The position numbers were made by a program, and so were the translations under genes. The notes under the pieces are model-generated. The model searched no databases. It saw nothing but the letters and a program-made list of their open reading frames with translations, and was not told where the DNA came from. From Octopus bimaculoides (taxonomy: Eukaryota): a DNA stretch of 64,000 nt. Where the stretch lies: positions 30,430,227 through 30,494,226 of the forward strand of contig NC_068990.1 of assembly GCF_001194135.2 (NCBI RefSeq), in the 5' to 3' direction. Below, piece by piece: positions 62,610 through 64,000 of this stretch (the first letter of the stretch is position 1; every line of letters begins with the position of its first letter).

Positions 62610-62815
62610 TTACCCTTCTACACAATGAGGTAGGAGGCTGCTTGCTGCATGGAGTTCTTTGTTGGAAATGTGAAGATAACATCCGATGTTCTTGATGGTT
62701 CTCAGGGTTTTGCTATTGAAGCCATCAATCCTCTTTCCCAGGGTCTTTGAGAGAGTTTCTGCTCCATAGAGGCGAATGGAGAGGGATGATGCATTGTAGG
62801 TGCAGAGCTTCATCT
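62610..62815 (-). mobile_element. RTE-type LINE RT fragment
   Basis: KLCTYNASSLSIRLYGAETLSKTLGKRIDGFNSKTLRTI..ISNKEL resembles the K.RxY...LS.LLYGxETW..F....LR.I..SN.E region of RTE RTs. Confidence 0.75.
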
Positions 62816-63149
62816 TCCAGGAGATAGAGCATTAAAAAGCTCCACTATTTTAAAAAATCAATTTGACCGCTTGAGAATTCTGGTCTAAATCCATCTAAGA
62901 ATATATTTTTGAGAATTAATGTTGCCATCCTTCCAACCCATGACAGTGGTGCAACCTGTTTGACCATTGATTGTAGTCTGTCTATATCGAACTCTCCAGA
63001 TCTTTATTCATTGATTGCCAAGAAATTGATCAATTCTTCATTGCCAAGACAAGATTATTCTGAGCCAAAAAGCCAGAGATTTGTTGTTTATTTGATTAAT
63101 AAATTCATTTTTTTTTTTCTTAATATTAGCAGAAATTGAAGATGGTAAA

Positions 63150-63555
63150 AGCTGGCAGAACCATTAGCAAGTCGGGCAGAATGCTTTGTTGCATTTCTTC
63201 TCCGTTGATGTTCTGAGTTCAAATTCTGCTGAAGCCCACTTTCCTTGTCATCATTTTGGGGGTCAATAAAACAAGTACCAGATGACCATTGGTGGGGAGG
63301 ATGTAATCAACTTACCCCCTCCCCCCAAGAATGCTGGCCTTGTACCAAAATTTGAAACCCTTATTAGTAAAAGTTCCAGGTAATGAGATGCAAGAATTAG
63401 ACAAAATATTTGACTGCATATCTTCTGGCTCTTGATGTTCTGAGGTCAAATATTGCCAAGGGCAAGTTTGGCTTTCATGCTTTCGAGGTTGATAAACTGT
63501 TGTACCAGTCAAATACTGGGGGTGATGTAACTGACTAATCCCCTCTCCTTCTACC
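63150..63555 (+). mobile_element. Two tandem SINE family C copies
   Basis: Two successive GTTCTGAG..GATAAA..TACCAG..GATGTAA..GACT modules. Confidence 0.7.
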
Positions 63556-64000
63556 CACTGTTCCAATAATTTAAAACAATAATAGTTGAAGTTATCCTGC
63601 TGAAGTCAACTTTACAGTTTATCCTTCCAGGATTGATAAAATGCATAAAATACCGGTAATTAACTGGATGTGGCTGATATTGATTCTGACGAAACTACAA
63701 TATAGATAAATAAAGGATATTCTTTTGTTTGTTTCAGTCATCAGGCGGTGGCCATGCTGGGGCATTGCCCTATGTTATTAAAAACTACAAACCTCTACCA
63801 ATTATGTTATGTCACCCTCCCCCCTGTTGTAGCTCACAAAAACATCGGCAGCTCATACACATGAGCTAGGAAGATAATTCTCTATTTCTTAGCTTGCCTC
63901 TTGGCTAAGTATCTTTTAGTGCTGGGCTGGCCAAAGCCTTGTGAGTTGATTTGCTAGACAGAAACTGAAAGAAGCCTGTTCTAGGTACTTATGTACATAT

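Noticed and set aside
1-64000. CRISPR arrays, rRNA or prokaryotic operons
   Set aside because: None seen; the sequence is an intron-rich eukaryotic locus.

Overview
Eukaryotic, AT-rich, repeat-dense genomic DNA. The SINE/MITE families and microsatellite load look like a coleoid cephalopod (Octopus-like); this is inference from repeat style, not a database match. The whole window lies inside one + strand gene, a formin-like (FMNL/Frl) diaphanous-related formin. I can thread 23 frame-consistent GT-AG coding exons from 13998 to 61887: GBD/FH3, coiled coil, FH1 (mostly in an N-gap) and most of FH2. The N-terminal exons and the C-terminal/DAD exons were not found and are presumably outside the window or in gaps. 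Introns hold at least three tRNA-type SINE families, RTE, R4/Dong and CR1-type LINE relics, a mariner transposase relic, Tc1- and piggyBac-like MITEs and a probable LTR. The most striking object is a 425-bp palindromic cassette (51362-51786) inserted into an older SINE with a 12-bp target-site duplication. Each arm is a tRNA-derived head, a (TAA)n linker and a minimal type I hammerhead ribozyme motif of the Penelope-element kind. Other leads: a 305-bp duplication carrying an orphan FMNL splice donor, two candidate in-frame cassette exons before FH1, a 140-bp near-perfect intronic hairpin, and a 3-aa deletion in a conserved FH2 helix. There are six N-gaps (8047-8117, 9932-10448, 25102-25778, 40409-40528, 52247-52437, 59289-59299). 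Repeat boundaries are approximate unless defined by a TSD or TIR.
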